The notes: generated by a model from the sequence alone, not told the origin. DNA of 64,000 nt from Candidatus Hydrogenedentota bacterium (GCA_052033955.1 JBPOJD010000003.1:23128-87127), one strand, 5' to 3'; positions 18,950-29,120 are shown, counted from the stretch's first letter. Made by a program: numbers and translations.

Positions 18950-19600
18950 CTACAGGTACCGTCCGCAGCCGTGCCACGTCTGGTCGTCGACCGTCAGGGT
19001 GACGCTGTGGTCAAAGCGTTCGCCGCTCATGATGTCCCGGCACGGCTCGCGGGTGATGATGACCCACACGTCGTGCTCTCCGGTCACCGCGTGGTAGACC
19101 GTGCGCGGGCCGTCAGTCGCAGGGCCGGGATCCGGCACGGTCACGTGGCGCTCGCCGTAGTCCGCCACCACCACAATGCGGTCGCCCGGGATGATCTCGA
19201 GGGTCCAGCCGGGTTCCTGACCGATCGCGCGGAAGGCTGCGCCGCGCGCGCGGGCGTCGTCCCACGGCTGGGAGGAGTAGGGTTCGGTGATCACGCAGTC
19301 GTTACAGGCGTTTCCATCCATCTCGACCATGGCGGCGTCGCCTTTCATCCAGACCATCATCCCGGCGCCCTCATATTTCACGCCGGATGCGGTCCGGACG
19401 TGGCGCAGCACCTGCCGGACGCCGTCCGGACGATCGACGACCAGGGTATCCGCGTCGACCACGGCATCGAGTGTGATGCCATCGCAGGTGATGCGGATCG
19501 CGTGCGGTTCGGGCGCGTCGAGCGACTCCGGGGGGCCGAGCGGGGCGGTGGCGCAGCCAGCGGCGGGGAGCAGCGCAGCGAGTAGGAGGAGGCATTTCAT
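18950..19600 (-). CDS. Lipoprotein with MliC-like N-terminal half and META/DUF306-like C-terminal half
   Basis: Lipobox LLPAAGC after an MKCLLLLAAL signal. Two small beta-rich modules with conserved Cys pairs. Confidence 0.45.
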   Translation of the reverse strand: MKCLLLLAALLPAAGCATAPLGPPESLDAPEPHAIRITCDGITLDAVVDADTLVVDRPDGVRQVLRHVRTASGVKYEGAGMMVWMKGDAAMVEMDGNACNDCVITEPYSSQPWDDARARGAAFRAIGQEPGWTLEIIPGDRIVVVADYGERHVTVPDPGPATDGPRTVYHAVTGEHDVWVIITREPCRDIMSGERFDHSVTLTVDDQTWHGCGRYL

Positions 19601-19910
19601 GGGCGGAACTCCTGATGATCGGCGGCCGGCAAACGCGCGGCGACAGGCCCAGCGCGTGCGCCGCTACCGCTCCTGCTTGAGGCGAGGCGTCGACCCACAG
19701 GATACCAGAAGTCCGCCCCGGACTGTCTCGTGGGCCGCGGCGTGATCACTTTGGGCGGTCGCGGCCATTGTATTCACGAATCCGGCTGCCGACTGTCGCT
19801 CCCCCTTTGCGGCAGCGGCAGCCCCAGGATGGGGCGGGCGTCCAACTCAGCGCCCGTCCCCTCCTCCCCTTGCCGGGGCGGTCTTTCGCCTCCGTTTTCC
19901 GCGGGCGGCC

Positions 19911-22900
19911 TTACGGTTCCAGAAAATCCGGGATGCCGTTGCCCGAGCTGTCGCCTTGCCCCTCGACGGCATCGGGGATGCCGTCGCCGTCGGAATCTGC
20001 CTCGGGGTCCAGGATCGGCAGGATGCCGTGGGTCACGAGCTGCCAATACTCGGTCGGCAGCACAAAGCTCGCGCCTTGCGCGAGGATGTAGTCGACGATC
20101 TGGTCGAACACGGGAAGGTTGCCGGGGAAGACCGGGGCATCCGGGTGAATCTGCAACACCAGGTACTCGGGTTCGGGCCGATAGTGCCCAACAAAGTGGT
20201 CGTAATCGAAGGTGCCAATCGTGACCGGCTCGAGCGAGAAGTCGCGGCCAAGCACCATCTTCGTCGAACCCGCGGATGGTCCGTACAGCCACACCTCGAT
20301 GTCCGGCGATTCGTTGATTACCTGCGTAGTTGCCGCGTCGATCTGGTTGAAGGGGGCGCCAAAGGCCGTGAAGGGGAACCCGAGCACATCTCGGGCCAAC
20401 GCCTCGGACATATCGACGTGCGCCTTCTGGAACGAGTAGGGCGTGTTGAAGAACTCGGTCCAGCCGACGCCGGACGAGTGGTCGTAGCCGTGCAGCCAGA
20501 ATTCGAAGCGCCCGGTCTCATGCAGCGCCACGGTGAGGTCGATGTATGCGCCCCAGGCGTTGTCGGCCGGGGGCGTGGGTACCGACGGGTAATCCGGGTC
20601 GAGTGATTGGGCGACGACACCCATGGAGGACTTGATCCCCTTGTCGAGGATGTAGTCGGCGTAGATCTGCCAATAGGGTCCGACGCCGTTGGGCTCCCAT
20701 GGGTAACGCGCCCAGTCGTCTGCCTTGAGCATCACAAATTGGTTGTACAGGACCAGTGCGGCGGATCGGGTGACCAGCGGAACGCCCTGCCGCGATACCG
20801 TCACGCTGACTACCGCGTACCCAGGTTCGACCGCGCTGGGAGCCGTCAACACCGCCGAGGAGCCCTGGGCCGTGAGCGAGCCGGCGGTCGTGGTCCACTG
20901 GTAGGACCAGTAGGGATCCAACTCGTCGCCCGGCGTCACGTGCAGCGTGACGGACTGGCCGGGACGCAGTGAGCCAGTCGCAGGCAGAACATGTAGGTCA
21001 TCCGGATCGGCAATGTGGGTCGGTTTGTCGATGTAGTTGGGCAGGCCGCCGGGTGTCAGAGCATCCGGTGTGCCGTCCCCGTCCGAATCGAGATCGAGGA
21101 AATTGGGGATGCCGTCCCCCTCGAGGTCCTCCATCCCTTCCATGTGATCGGGAATCCCGTCGCCGTCGGTGTCTCCCAAGGGGTCGAGCATCGGCAGCGT
21201 TCCAGTCCTTGCCAGCCGGGCGTATTCGGTCGGAAGGATGAAGGTGGCCTTGTTGGCGACCAGCCAATCGAGGATCAGGCCAAATTCCGGGAAGTTGTCG
21301 CGGAAGGTCTGAGCCCAAGGCTGATGCTGGAGCACCAGGACGCCCGGTGTGGCCGTGTAAGTGGAGAGGAAGCGTGCGTAGCTCGGCATCCCTGAGCTGG
21401 ATTCGACTTGGACGCTGGTCGAGGGCAGCACAAGCTTCTGTGAACCGCTTGCGGGCCCATACAGCCACGCCTCGACGTCTGGCGACTCGTTCACCACCGT
21501 GGTGGTGACGGCGTCGATGGCGTTGAACGGCGCACCAAAGGCCGTCAACGGAAACCCGAGGACATTGCGGGCCAAGGCCTGGCCGCGTTCGAGGTGATCT
21601 TTCTGATACTCATATGTGGTAGCGCGGAATTCCCACCAGCCCGATCCGCTCGACCGGTCGTAGCCGTTGTTCCAGAACTCAACATACCCACCGTCGTGGC
21701 GGTCGCGCATGTACTGCATGCTTTGCGCGTAGGTCGGGTGGTCGTTATAGGCCGGGTCCAGGAAACGGGTGAGCACCCCCGCCGACGTCTTGATGCGGCG
21801 CGCATCCACCACCTGCTCGAGATAGTACTTCCACTGATCAGGCACGACCTTCCACCCCACGAAGACGTCACCCTTGAGCACCACGAACTGCGAATAGACC
21901 AGCACAACGCAGTGGCCAGTACCCGCATGCTCGCCGTCGATATAGAGCGAGACGGACACGACGTCATAGCCGGGGTTCACGGTCGCCCCGGCGGCGTACG
22001 TGACCACGGCCCCATCGCTGGTGATGGACCCGCGCTGCGCGGCCCAGACGTACTGTCCCTGAGCGGCGGGCGAATCCACGCGGAGCGTCGTCGTCTGTCC
22101 CCGGCGGACCATGCGGGAGTCCGGCGTTACATGCAGCGTTGCTGGAGAGGCCGCAATGACGATGACGGTGCGCGAGACAGGCTCAGCGTTGTTTCCGGCG
22201 GCGTCGGCGACGTTGTAGGTGACGGTATAGGTGCCGGGTACGGCGGTATCGACGTTGCTTGTGGCGACGAGTTGTGCGGTGATGTCGCCATCGACGTCAT
22301 CGTGAGCGGTGGCGCCGGCATCGACGTAGGCGTCGCCGGTGTAGAGGTAGACGGTGGCGTCGCCGATGAGCGTGATGACGGGGGGCGCGGTGTCGGGCGG
22401 CGCGAGCACAGCGACGGTGCGCGAGACGGTCTCGGCCGCGATGCCGAGCGAATTGGAGACGTCGTAGGTGAGTACGTAGACACCCGGAGTGAACACATCC
22501 ACCGCGCCGCCCACGACGATACTCGCTGTCAGGTCGCCATCGGTTTCGTCATAGGCAGTTGCGCCAGCGTCCACATAGGGTTGGCCCGCGGCGACGGAGA
22601 CCCACGGTTCGCCCAGCAGGGTGATGGTGGGCTTGACGGCTGGGGTGGACTCGACCGTCAGCACGGCCGCGTTGGAGACGGCATTGCCAAGCCAGTCGCC
22701 TGCCCGGTTGCGGATTTCGCAGGTGTACACGCCCGCGTCATCGCTCTGAACGGCCGCGAGCGAGAGCGTTGGCGCTTCGGCGCCCGGCAGGGGCGTGCCA
22801 TCCTTCCTCCACTGGTAGAAGAGCGGTTCCGACCCATCGGCGACCACGGTGAACGTGAAGGGCTGACCGATATAGGCCGTGCTGCCCTGAGGGTGCGTGA

Positions 22901-24044
22901 GAATAGCGGGCGGATGGTCTACCTCGAGGAAATCCGGGAGCCCGTTGCCATTGCTGTCTCCCGCCCCTTCGATGGTGTCGGGAATGCCGTCGCCGTCCGT
23001 GTCCGCATCCGGTTCAAGCGGCAGGCGGCCTTCGCGAACGAGGCGGTAGTACTCGGTGGGCAGGATGAAGGTCACCTTCTGGGCAACAAGATGGTCCAGG
23101 ACCTGTTCAAACTGCGCGAAGTTGTCGCGGAAGGTCTGAACATAGGGGTGGTGTTGCAGCACGACGACGTTTGGCTGGGCCGAGTAGATTGAAGTGAAGC
23201 GGCTGTAGCTTGGTGACCCCCAACTGCTCTCGATCTCGCCGCCGCCGCGGCTGAGCGTGACGCCGTTGAACCCGGTCGTGGGGCCGAAGAGCCACACGCG
23301 CAGGTCCGGCGACTCGTTGGCCACGGTCACGGTCGTCGCGTCGTACTGATTGGCCGGCGCCCCGAACGCGGTCATCGGGAAGCCGAGAACAGTGCGCGCC
23401 AGGTTTTCGGTGAGGCTCATGTGGCTCTTCTGGAACTCGTAGGTGGTATTCATGAACTCGTACCACCCGGTGCCGCTCTGATGGTCGTATCCTTTGTTCC
23501 AGAACTCGACGCGTCCGGTTGCGTGCAGCGCCGACATGTACGCCATGTTCTGGGCATAACTTGCCAGGTTGTTGTAGGCGGGGTCGAGAAAGCGGCCCAG
23601 CACGCCGATGGATGTCTTGATCTTGCGAGTCGTGACCACGCGGTCAATGTAATAGAGGTAGTTGGCGGGGATGACCTTCCAGGTCACCCAGTCTTCGGCC
23701 TTGAGGACCACAAACTGGGCGTAGACCAACAGGGCGCAGTACCGGGTATCCAGCAGGGTGTCGCCGGAGTGAACCGACACGGACACGATGTCGTAGCCGG
23801 GCGCGAGGCCGGTCGCGGCCGAGTAGGTTGCCTGGGCGCCGTTGCCGGAGACGAGACCGCGCTGAGCCGTCCAGGTATAGGTCCACGCGGGGTCGGGAGG
23901 GGTGGCTGTCTGGGCGTGCAGGGCCGTGGACTGGCCTGTGCGCACGGCCCACTGGCCGGGGACGACGGTGAGGGATTCTAGCGCTGCCTGCGCGGCAACG
24001 GCGGGCAAAAGCAGCGCCAGGAAAACACGTATCCACGGACCCAT
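19911..24044 (-). CDS. Giant secreted multidomain protein (1377 aa): three polysaccharide-deacetylase-like modules (DUF2334-like), one Ig I-set-like domain, two DUF5011 Ig-like domains, and Ca-binding TSP3-like motifs
   Basis: Signal peptide [21 protein letters not shown]. The ATG at 24044 has an AGGAGG Shine-Dalgarno 5 nt upstream; the upstream part of the ORF to 24104 is rejected. There are three approximately 340-aa paralogous modules (...FVVLK.D.W..W...P..Y.YY.....D...IKTS.GVL.RFLDP.Y.......YAQ.M.YM...H..G.VEFW..GYD..SG.GW.EF..T.Y..QK.H......LAR.VLGFP.TAFGAP.N..D..T..V.NESPD...WL.GP..G). DxDxDGxxD-type motifs recur ([29 protein letters not shown]). Confidence 0.8.
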   Translation of the reverse strand: MGPWIRVFLALLLPAVAAQAALESLTVVPGQWAVRTGQSTALHAQTATPPDPAWTYTWTAQRGLVSGNGAQATYSAATGLAPGYDIVSVSVHSGDTLLDTRYCALLVYAQFVVLKAEDWVTWKVIPANYLYYIDRVVTTRKIKTSIGVLGRFLDPAYNNLASYAQNMAYMSALHATGRVEFWNKGYDHQSGTGWYEFMNTTYEFQKSHMSLTENLARTVLGFPMTAFGAPANQYDATTVTVANESPDLRVWLFGPTTGFNGVTLSRGGGEIESSWGSPSYSRFTSIYSAQPNVVVLQHHPYVQTFRDNFAQFEQVLDHLVAQKVTFILPTEYYRLVREGRLPLEPDADTDGDGIPDTIEGAGDSNGNGLPDFLEVDHPPAILTHPQGSTAYIGQPFTFTVVADGSEPLFYQWRKDGTPLPGAEAPTLSLAAVQSDDAGVYTCEIRNRAGDWLGNAVSNAAVLTVESTPAVKPTITLLGEPWVSVAAGQPYVDAGATAYDETDGDLTASIVVGGAVDVFTPGVYVLTYDVSNSLGIAAETVSRTVAVLAPPDTAPPVITLIGDATVYLYTGDAYVDAGATAHDDVDGDITAQLVATSNVDTAVPGTYTVTYNVADAAGNNAEPVSRTVIVIAASPATLHVTPDSRMVRRGQTTTLRVDSPAAQGQYVWAAQRGSITSDGAVVTYAAGATVNPGYDVVSVSLYIDGEHAGTGHCVVLVYSQFVVLKGDVFVGWKVVPDQWKYYLEQVVDARRIKTSAGVLTRFLDPAYNDHPTYAQSMQYMRDRHDGGYVEFWNNGYDRSSGSGWWEFRATTYEYQKDHLERGQALARNVLGFPLTAFGAPFNAIDAVTTTVVNESPDVEAWLYGPASGSQKLVLPSTSVQVESSSGMPSYARFLSTYTATPGVLVLQHQPWAQTFRDNFPEFGLILDWLVANKATFILPTEYARLARTGTLPMLDPLGDTDGDGIPDHMEGMEDLEGDGIPNFLDLDSDGDGTPDALTPGGLPNYIDKPTHIADPDDLHVLPATGSLRPGQSVTLHVTPGDELDPYWSYQWTTTAGSLTAQGSSAVLTAPSAVEPGYAVVSVTVSRQGVPLVTRSAALVLYNQFVMLKADDWARYPWEPNGVGPYWQIYADYILDKGIKSSMGVVAQSLDPDYPSVPTPPADNAWGAYIDLTVALHETGRFEFWLHGYDHSSGVGWTEFFNTPYSFQKAHVDMSEALARDVLGFPFTAFGAPFNQIDAATTQVINESPDIEVWLYGPSAGSTKMVLGRDFSLEPVTIGTFDYDHFVGHYRPEPEYLVLQIHPDAPVFPGNLPVFDQIVDYILAQGASFVLPTEYWQLVTHGILPILDPEADSDGDGIPDAVEGQGDSSGNGIPDFLEP

Positions 24045-24259
24045 GCGGCACCTCCTTCCGAGACAGATTTCGCCTCGGAAAGATAGGTGCGCCCCGCAAC
24101 CCATTCGTCGCGTTTACACGCTCAGTATAGCACGGAACAGCCGTTGGAGGAGCAATATTTCTGCCGGAACGGGACTCAAAGCAATGCCGGCGGCCCGCTT
24201 GTCGCGGACCGCCGGCACGTTCCGTCGCGTTGCGCCCCCTTGGACGCCAAGGTGTTGTC

Positions 24260-27200
24260 TTATCTGAAGCTGCGCGTCGTGGCCACAACCCTGACCGTGC
24301 GCGTTACCGTCTTGGCCGCGTTGCCCGCCGTATCGCTCACGTTGTAGGTCAACGTATAGGTGCCGGCCACGGACGTGTTCACCGTGCCACTTACCACAAT
24401 GCGCCCGGTGATGTCGCCGTCGACGTCATCATAGGCGGTGGCGCCTGGATCCGTAGAGGCTGAGCCGACGGGAATCCGTACATTGGACGAGCCGATCAGC
24501 GTGATCACCGGCGGCGTCGTGTCGAGGACCGGGGCCGGTTCCGGCTCGGGCTGAGGGGCCGGGCTGCTGGAACTGTGGACGAACTCGAACGCGCCGATGT
24601 CCGGGGCGCCGCCCTGGGGCACCGGCGTGCCGTCGAAGTCCGCCTCGACGCCGACGTAGGCGCCCGCATCGACGAGCGGGCTGTCCGGCTTCAGGCGGAA
24701 GTCGCCCTTGGCCGGGTCCACGAACTTGTGGTCACTCACGCGCAGGTCGCCGGGGCGCAGCGTGAGGTTGCCCGGGACGGCGTTGTGGCTCACGGCCGGA
24801 CTCGAGTTGGTCCACATGTACCGGCCCGTGGCCGAGATTGCGTTGTTCCTGACGGTCGCGCTGGGACAGTCGTGCAACTCGATGTCGTAGTCGCGGACGC
24901 CGTGGAACGTGTTGTTCTCGATGCGGATACCCGGGAGCGGCACGACCTCGCGGGTCGAGTCATTGATGCCCCAGATGTTGAGGCCACGGTAGGCCGTGAT
25001 GACGTTGTTGCGGAACGTGATGTCACGGGTGGGCTGGCGCATCTGGGAAATCATCGCGGCCTGATACCCCGCGTTGCCGGTTGGCAGATTGACCGTGTTG
25101 CCTTCGATCAGGATGTCGTAGGCAGGCCCGAAGGTCTGGAAGGCATCGACATGAGGCCCGACGTTGCCGTAATCGTCCATCGTGATGCTGTGGATGTGGT
25201 TGCCGCGGATCACGTGGTTCCGGCCACCAAACTTGATGCCGTCGGCGTCGGGTCCGCCGGCCGTGCTCAGTGTGGGATACAGCGGGTGCTGCACGGTGTG
25301 GCTGATGTCGTTGTACTCGATCAACTGGGCCATGCCGTTCAGCGTGATGCCCGCGTAGGCGCCGGCATACTCAATGCGGTTGGCGCTGATCACGTTGTAG
25401 CTGCTGTCCGCGGCGTCCTCGCCGAGGGTCGAGTACACCATGACCCCTTCCCGCAACGTGTGGTGAACGTAGTTGTTCTTCACCGTGCAGTACTTGGTGT
25501 TGATCAGGGCGACGCCACTTCCCGTGCCCCAGACATCCCATGAAGCCAGCCGGGGAATCGTGATCTCGAAACCGTCGATCTGGACGTAGGAGCCGCGTAC
25601 CGTGAAGCCGTAGGTGACCACGCCCGGTGCCGCAGCCTTGAAGACAAGCGGGGCGCTGGCCGTCCCGGACCGCGTGATCGTAACCCGCTGGGCATAGGTG
25701 CCCGGGGCCACGAGACAGGTGTTCCCAGCAGGCATGGAGTTGGCGGCCTTCTGGATCGTCTTCCACGCTGCCGTGGGCGAAAGGCCGCTGTTGAGGTCGT
25801 TGCCGGTGGCCGCGTTCACGTAGTACGTGTTGGCATCGGCGATGACCTGTTCGACCTTGACGTAGCGGGTGACCGGCGTGGCGGCGTTCCCGGCGTTGTC
25901 CTTGACGTTGTAAACCACCGTATAGTTGCCCGCCACGTACGTGTTCACCGTGCTGGTCGCCACAATGCGGCTGGTGATGTCGCCGTCCACATTATCCGAG
26001 GCCGTGGCGCCGGCATCGGTGTACACCGCGCCCACCGTGAGCGTCACCTGGGCCGATCCGAGCAGGGTGATGACCGGCGGCGTCGTATCGGGAGCGGTCT
26101 GGACAACCACCGTGCGCACGACCGGTGTGGCAGCGTTCCCGGCGTTGTCCTTGACGTTGTAGGTGACCGTGTAGGTGCCGACCGCGTTCGTGTTGACGTT
26201 GCTGGTCGTCACGATCCGGCTGGTGATGGTGCCGTCGACGTTGTCCGAGGCCGTCGCGTCGGCGTCGGTGTAGGCCGTGCCCACGGTGACCGTGACGGTT
26301 GCCGACCCGAGCAGGGTGATCACCGGCGGAGTCGTGTCGACGACATTGACCGCACGCACGACGGGGGTGGCGGCGTTCCCGGCGTTGTCCTTGACGTTGT
26401 AGGTGACGGTGTAGGCGCCGACCTTGGCCGTATTGACGTTGCTGGTGGCGACGACGCGGCTGGTGATGTCGCCGTCCACGTTATCCGAGGCCGTGGCGCC
26501 CGCGTCGGTGTAGGTGGCACCAAAGGAGACCGTAACCGTCGCCGATCCGAGGAGCGTAATGACCGGAGGGGTCGTATCGGGAGCGGTCTGGACGACCACC
26601 GTGCGGACAACAGGCGTGGCGGCGTTTCCGGCGTTGTCCTTGACGTTGTAGGTGACGGTGTAGGTACCCGCCGCGTTCGTGTTGACGTTGCTGGTGGTGA
26701 CGATACGGCTGGTGATGTTTCCGTCGACGTTGTCCGAAGCCGTGGCACCCGCGTCGGTGTAGGTGGCGCCAAGAGAGACGGAGACAGTCGCCGACCCGAG
26801 CAGCGCAATGACCGGCGGCGTCGTGTCGACGACGTTGACGGTGCGCGCCACGGGCGCTGCGGAGTTTCCAGCGATGTCCTTGACGTTGTAGGTGACATTG
26901 TAGGTGCCGACCTTCGCGGTATTGACGTTGCTGGTGGCGACGATACGGCTTGTGATGTTTCCGTCGACGTTATCGGAGGCGGTAGCGCCCGCATCGGTGT
27001 AGGTCGTGCCGAAGGAGACGGTGACGGTCGCGGAGCCGAGCAGGGCGATGACCGGCGGCGTCGTGTCGACGACGTTGACGGTGCGGACGACGGGCGCAGC
27101 GGCGTTTCCGGCGCTGTCCTTGACGTTGTAGGTGACGTTGTAGGCACCTACCTTCGCGGTATTGACGTTGCTGGTGGCGACGATGCGGCTGGTGATGTTT

Positions 27201-28693
27201 CCGTCGACGTTATCGGAGGCGGTAGCGCCCGCATCGCTGTAGGTCGTGCCGAAGGAGACCGTAACGGTCGCCGACCCGAGGAGCGTGATGACCGGCGGGG
27301 TGGTGTCCGCGGGGTTGGTGCCAACCGAGGTCGAGAACTCAAAAGCGCCGATATCCGGGGCCGATCCTTGCGGAACGGAGGTTCCATCGAGATCGCTCGT
27401 AATGCCGACATGGGTTCCCGCATCGATGAGCGGGCTGGTGGCCTGCAGGCGGAAATTACGGCCCGCGGCGTCCACAAACTTCGGATCGCTGATCCGGACG
27501 TCGCCGGACCGCAACGTGATCGAACCCGGGACAGCGTTATGGCTGGTGGTGGGCCCGGAATTGGTCCACATGTACCGGCCCGTGGCCGAAATGACGTTGT
27601 TCTTGACGGTTGCACTCGGGCAGTCGTGCAGTTCGACGTCGTAGTCGCGCACGCCGTAGAACGTGTTGTTCTCGATGCGGATGCCCGGAAGCGGGACGAT
27701 CTCGCGGGTCGAGTCGTTGATACCCCAGATGTTCAGCCCGCGGTACGCCGTGATGACGTTGTTGCGGAAGGTAAGGTCGCGCGTGGGGGTGCGCATCTGG
27801 GAGATCATCGCCGCCTGATAGGTGCCGTTGGTGGTCGGCAGGTTGATGGTATTGCCTTCGATGAGGATGTTGTAGGCGGGACCGAAGGTCTGGAAGGCAT
27901 CGATATGCGGACTCACGTTGCCGGTGTCCGCCATGGTGATGCTGTGAATGTGGTTGCCGCGGAAGATGTGGTCGCGGCCGTGGAACTTGATGCCATCGGC
28001 ATCCGGGCCACCGGCAGTGCTCAGTGTGGGATAGAGCGGGTGCTGGATGGTGTGGCTGATGTCGTTGTTCTCGATGAGCTGCGCGGCGCCATTGAGCGTG
28101 ATGCCGGCGTAGGCGCCCGCGTAGGCGATCCGGTTGCCGCGAATGATGTTGTAGCTGCTGTTGGTGGAATCCGCGGCGCCGGTCGTGAAGACCATGACGC
28201 CTTCCCGCAGCGTGTGGTGAATGTAGGTGTTCTGCACCGTGCAGTACTGCGTGTTGACGAGCGCGACCCCGCTGCCCTTGCCCCAGACGTCCCAGGAGGT
28301 CTGGCGAGGCATCGTGATCTCGAAGCCGTCGATGACGACGTAGCGCACGGTCGAGGAACCCTGGACCGTGAATCCCTGGGTGACCACGGCGCCGTCAGCC
28401 TTGAAGATGAGGGGGGCCGAGGCCGTGCCCGAACGCGAGATGGTCACGCGTTCATTGTAGGTGCCCGGCGCGACGAGACAGGTATTGCCCGCGGGCATGC
28501 TGTTGGCGGCCTTCTGGATCGTGCGCCACGCGGAGGCCGACGAGGTGCCGGTGTTGGCGTCGTTGCCACTTGAACCGTTTACATAGTAGGTGGCGGCGTG
28601 GGCCATAGCGCCCGTGGCCAGCAGGGCCAGCACCACCACGGTGGTGAAAGCGCGGAAGGGCGGAATGCTTCTTCCTGTGCGAATTGTTCCCAT
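24260..28693 (-). CDS. Giant secreted protein (1477 aa): two right-handed parallel beta-helix (pectin-lyase-fold) modules separated by six tandem DUF5011 Ig-like repeats, with a seventh at the C-terminus
   Basis: Signal peptide MGTIRTGRSIPPFRAFTTVVVLALLATGAMAHAATYY. Shine-Dalgarno AAAGGAG upstream of the ATG at 28693. The beta-helix module (ATYYVNGSSGNDANTG...[34 protein letters not shown]...[29 protein letters not shown]...) occurs twice. The approximately 80-aa repeats begin DTTPPVITLLGSATVTVSFGTTY.DAGATASDNVDG.ITSRIV.TSNVNT...Y.VTYNVKD.AGNAA.PV.RTV.V. Confidence 0.8.
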   Translation of the reverse strand: MGTIRTGRSIPPFRAFTTVVVLALLATGAMAHAATYYVNGSSGNDANTGTSSASAWRTIQKAANSMPAGNTCLVAPGTYNERVTISRSGTASAPLIFKADGAVVTQGFTVQGSSTVRYVVIDGFEITMPRQTSWDVWGKGSGVALVNTQYCTVQNTYIHHTLREGVMVFTTGAADSTNSSYNIIRGNRIAYAGAYAGITLNGAAQLIENNDISHTIQHPLYPTLSTAGGPDADGIKFHGRDHIFRGNHIHSITMADTGNVSPHIDAFQTFGPAYNILIEGNTINLPTTNGTYQAAMISQMRTPTRDLTFRNNVITAYRGLNIWGINDSTREIVPLPGIRIENNTFYGVRDYDVELHDCPSATVKNNVISATGRYMWTNSGPTTSHNAVPGSITLRSGDVRISDPKFVDAAGRNFRLQATSPLIDAGTHVGITSDLDGTSVPQGSAPDIGAFEFSTSVGTNPADTTPPVITLLGSATVTVSFGTTYSDAGATASDNVDGNITSRIVATSNVNTAKVGAYNVTYNVKDSAGNAAAPVVRTVNVVDTTPPVIALLGSATVTVSFGTTYTDAGATASDNVDGNITSRIVATSNVNTAKVGTYNVTYNVKDIAGNSAAPVARTVNVVDTTPPVIALLGSATVSVSLGATYTDAGATASDNVDGNITSRIVTTSNVNTNAAGTYTVTYNVKDNAGNAATPVVRTVVVQTAPDTTPPVITLLGSATVTVSFGATYTDAGATASDNVDGDITSRVVATSNVNTAKVGAYTVTYNVKDNAGNAATPVVRAVNVVDTTPPVITLLGSATVTVTVGTAYTDADATASDNVDGTITSRIVTTSNVNTNAVGTYTVTYNVKDNAGNAATPVVRTVVVQTAPDTTPPVITLLGSAQVTLTVGAVYTDAGATASDNVDGDITSRIVATSTVNTYVAGNYTVVYNVKDNAGNAATPVTRYVKVEQVIADANTYYVNAATGNDLNSGLSPTAAWKTIQKAANSMPAGNTCLVAPGTYAQRVTITRSGTASAPLVFKAAAPGVVTYGFTVRGSYVQIDGFEITIPRLASWDVWGTGSGVALINTKYCTVKNNYVHHTLREGVMVYSTLGEDAADSSYNVISANRIEYAGAYAGITLNGMAQLIEYNDISHTVQHPLYPTLSTAGGPDADGIKFGGRNHVIRGNHIHSITMDDYGNVGPHVDAFQTFGPAYDILIEGNTVNLPTGNAGYQAAMISQMRQPTRDITFRNNVITAYRGLNIWGINDSTREVVPLPGIRIENNTFHGVRDYDIELHDCPSATVRNNAISATGRYMWTNSSPAVSHNAVPGNLTLRPGDLRVSDHKFVDPAKGDFRLKPDSPLVDAGAYVGVEADFDGTPVPQGGAPDIGAFEFVHSSSSPAPQPEPEPAPVLDTTPPVITLIGSSNVRIPVGSASTDPGATAYDDVDGDITGRIVVSGTVNTSVAGTYTLTYNVSDTAGNAAKTVTRTVRVVATTRSFR
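25873..27328. repeat. Six tandem, near-identical coding repeats of about 240 bp (DUF5011 Ig-like units) inside the giant beta-helix gene
   Basis: The unit ggcggcgttcccggcgttgtccttgacgttgtaggtgac recurs at about 25876, 26131, 26371, 26611, 26851 and 27091, i.e. a period of 240 bp (255 bp once), with only a few substitutions per unit. Confidence 0.85.
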
Positions 28694-29068
28694 CTGTGAG
28701 ACTCCTTTGTAACGTACCGCTGCATGTGCAATCCAAAGAGTCTCAACTCGAGAGGCGCGGGCGAGGGCCAGTCCCCATGCGCCTCCCGGGACCGAGGGGC
28801 GCCCTTAGAGGGAACTCTGGGGGCGCCTGACGACGTCACGGAGGCGGGTGCGGATGTCGCGCCACGCCGTGAGCGTTGGTGTCAGACCGGTAGAGGAGGC
28901 GAACGCGCCAGCGGGTGTCTGCGCTGCAATAGCGACGCTCTCAGGGGACAGACGTGTCATCAGAGATTGAGGCTCCTTTTGCGTGCATCCTCGGAACAGC
29001 GTGCTGGCGAATCGAGTCTCAAAGCGGCGAGACGGAAGCCGTCGAAAGCCACACCGTCTTGCGACCTT

Positions 29069-29120
29069 CACTCAGTGTTTCTGGACTACCGATCCAGGGA
29101 CACTGAGTGTCGTTTTTCGG
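29069..29120 (+). terminator. Rho-independent-terminator-like hairpin oriented on the plus strand
   Basis: A 9-bp perfect stem CACTCAGTG ... CACTGAGTG encloses an inner 5-bp stem (CTGGA/TCCAG), followed by TCGTTTTTCGG. Immediately after comes a second small hairpin TTTCGG-CCTG-CCGAAA. The U-run occurs only in plus orientation, although no convincing plus-strand gene lies upstream. Confidence 0.35.

Noticed and set aside
19601-19910. Imperfect GC hairpin (GGGGCGGGCG-N10-CGCCCGTCCCC, about 19790..19825) downstream of the 1377-aa gene
   Set aside because: No adjacent U-run in either orientation, and the stem contains a bulge. It cannot be called a terminator with confidence; it may simply reflect GC-rich sequence.
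26320-27147. 275-aa minus-strand ORF in an alternative frame of the tandem-repeat region (Pro/Ser/Thr-rich)
   Set aside because: It is the +1 frame of the repeated Ig-domain DNA and therefore is itself repetitive. The main frame gives well-formed DUF5011-like domains continuous with the flanking beta-helix modules.
25873-27328. Regularly spaced near-identical 240-bp repeats, which might suggest a CRISPR array or satellite
   Set aside because: The period of 240 bp is far longer than CRISPR repeat-spacer units. There are no unique spacers, and the repeats are in-frame protein-coding DUF5011 Ig-like domains of the giant beta-helix protein.
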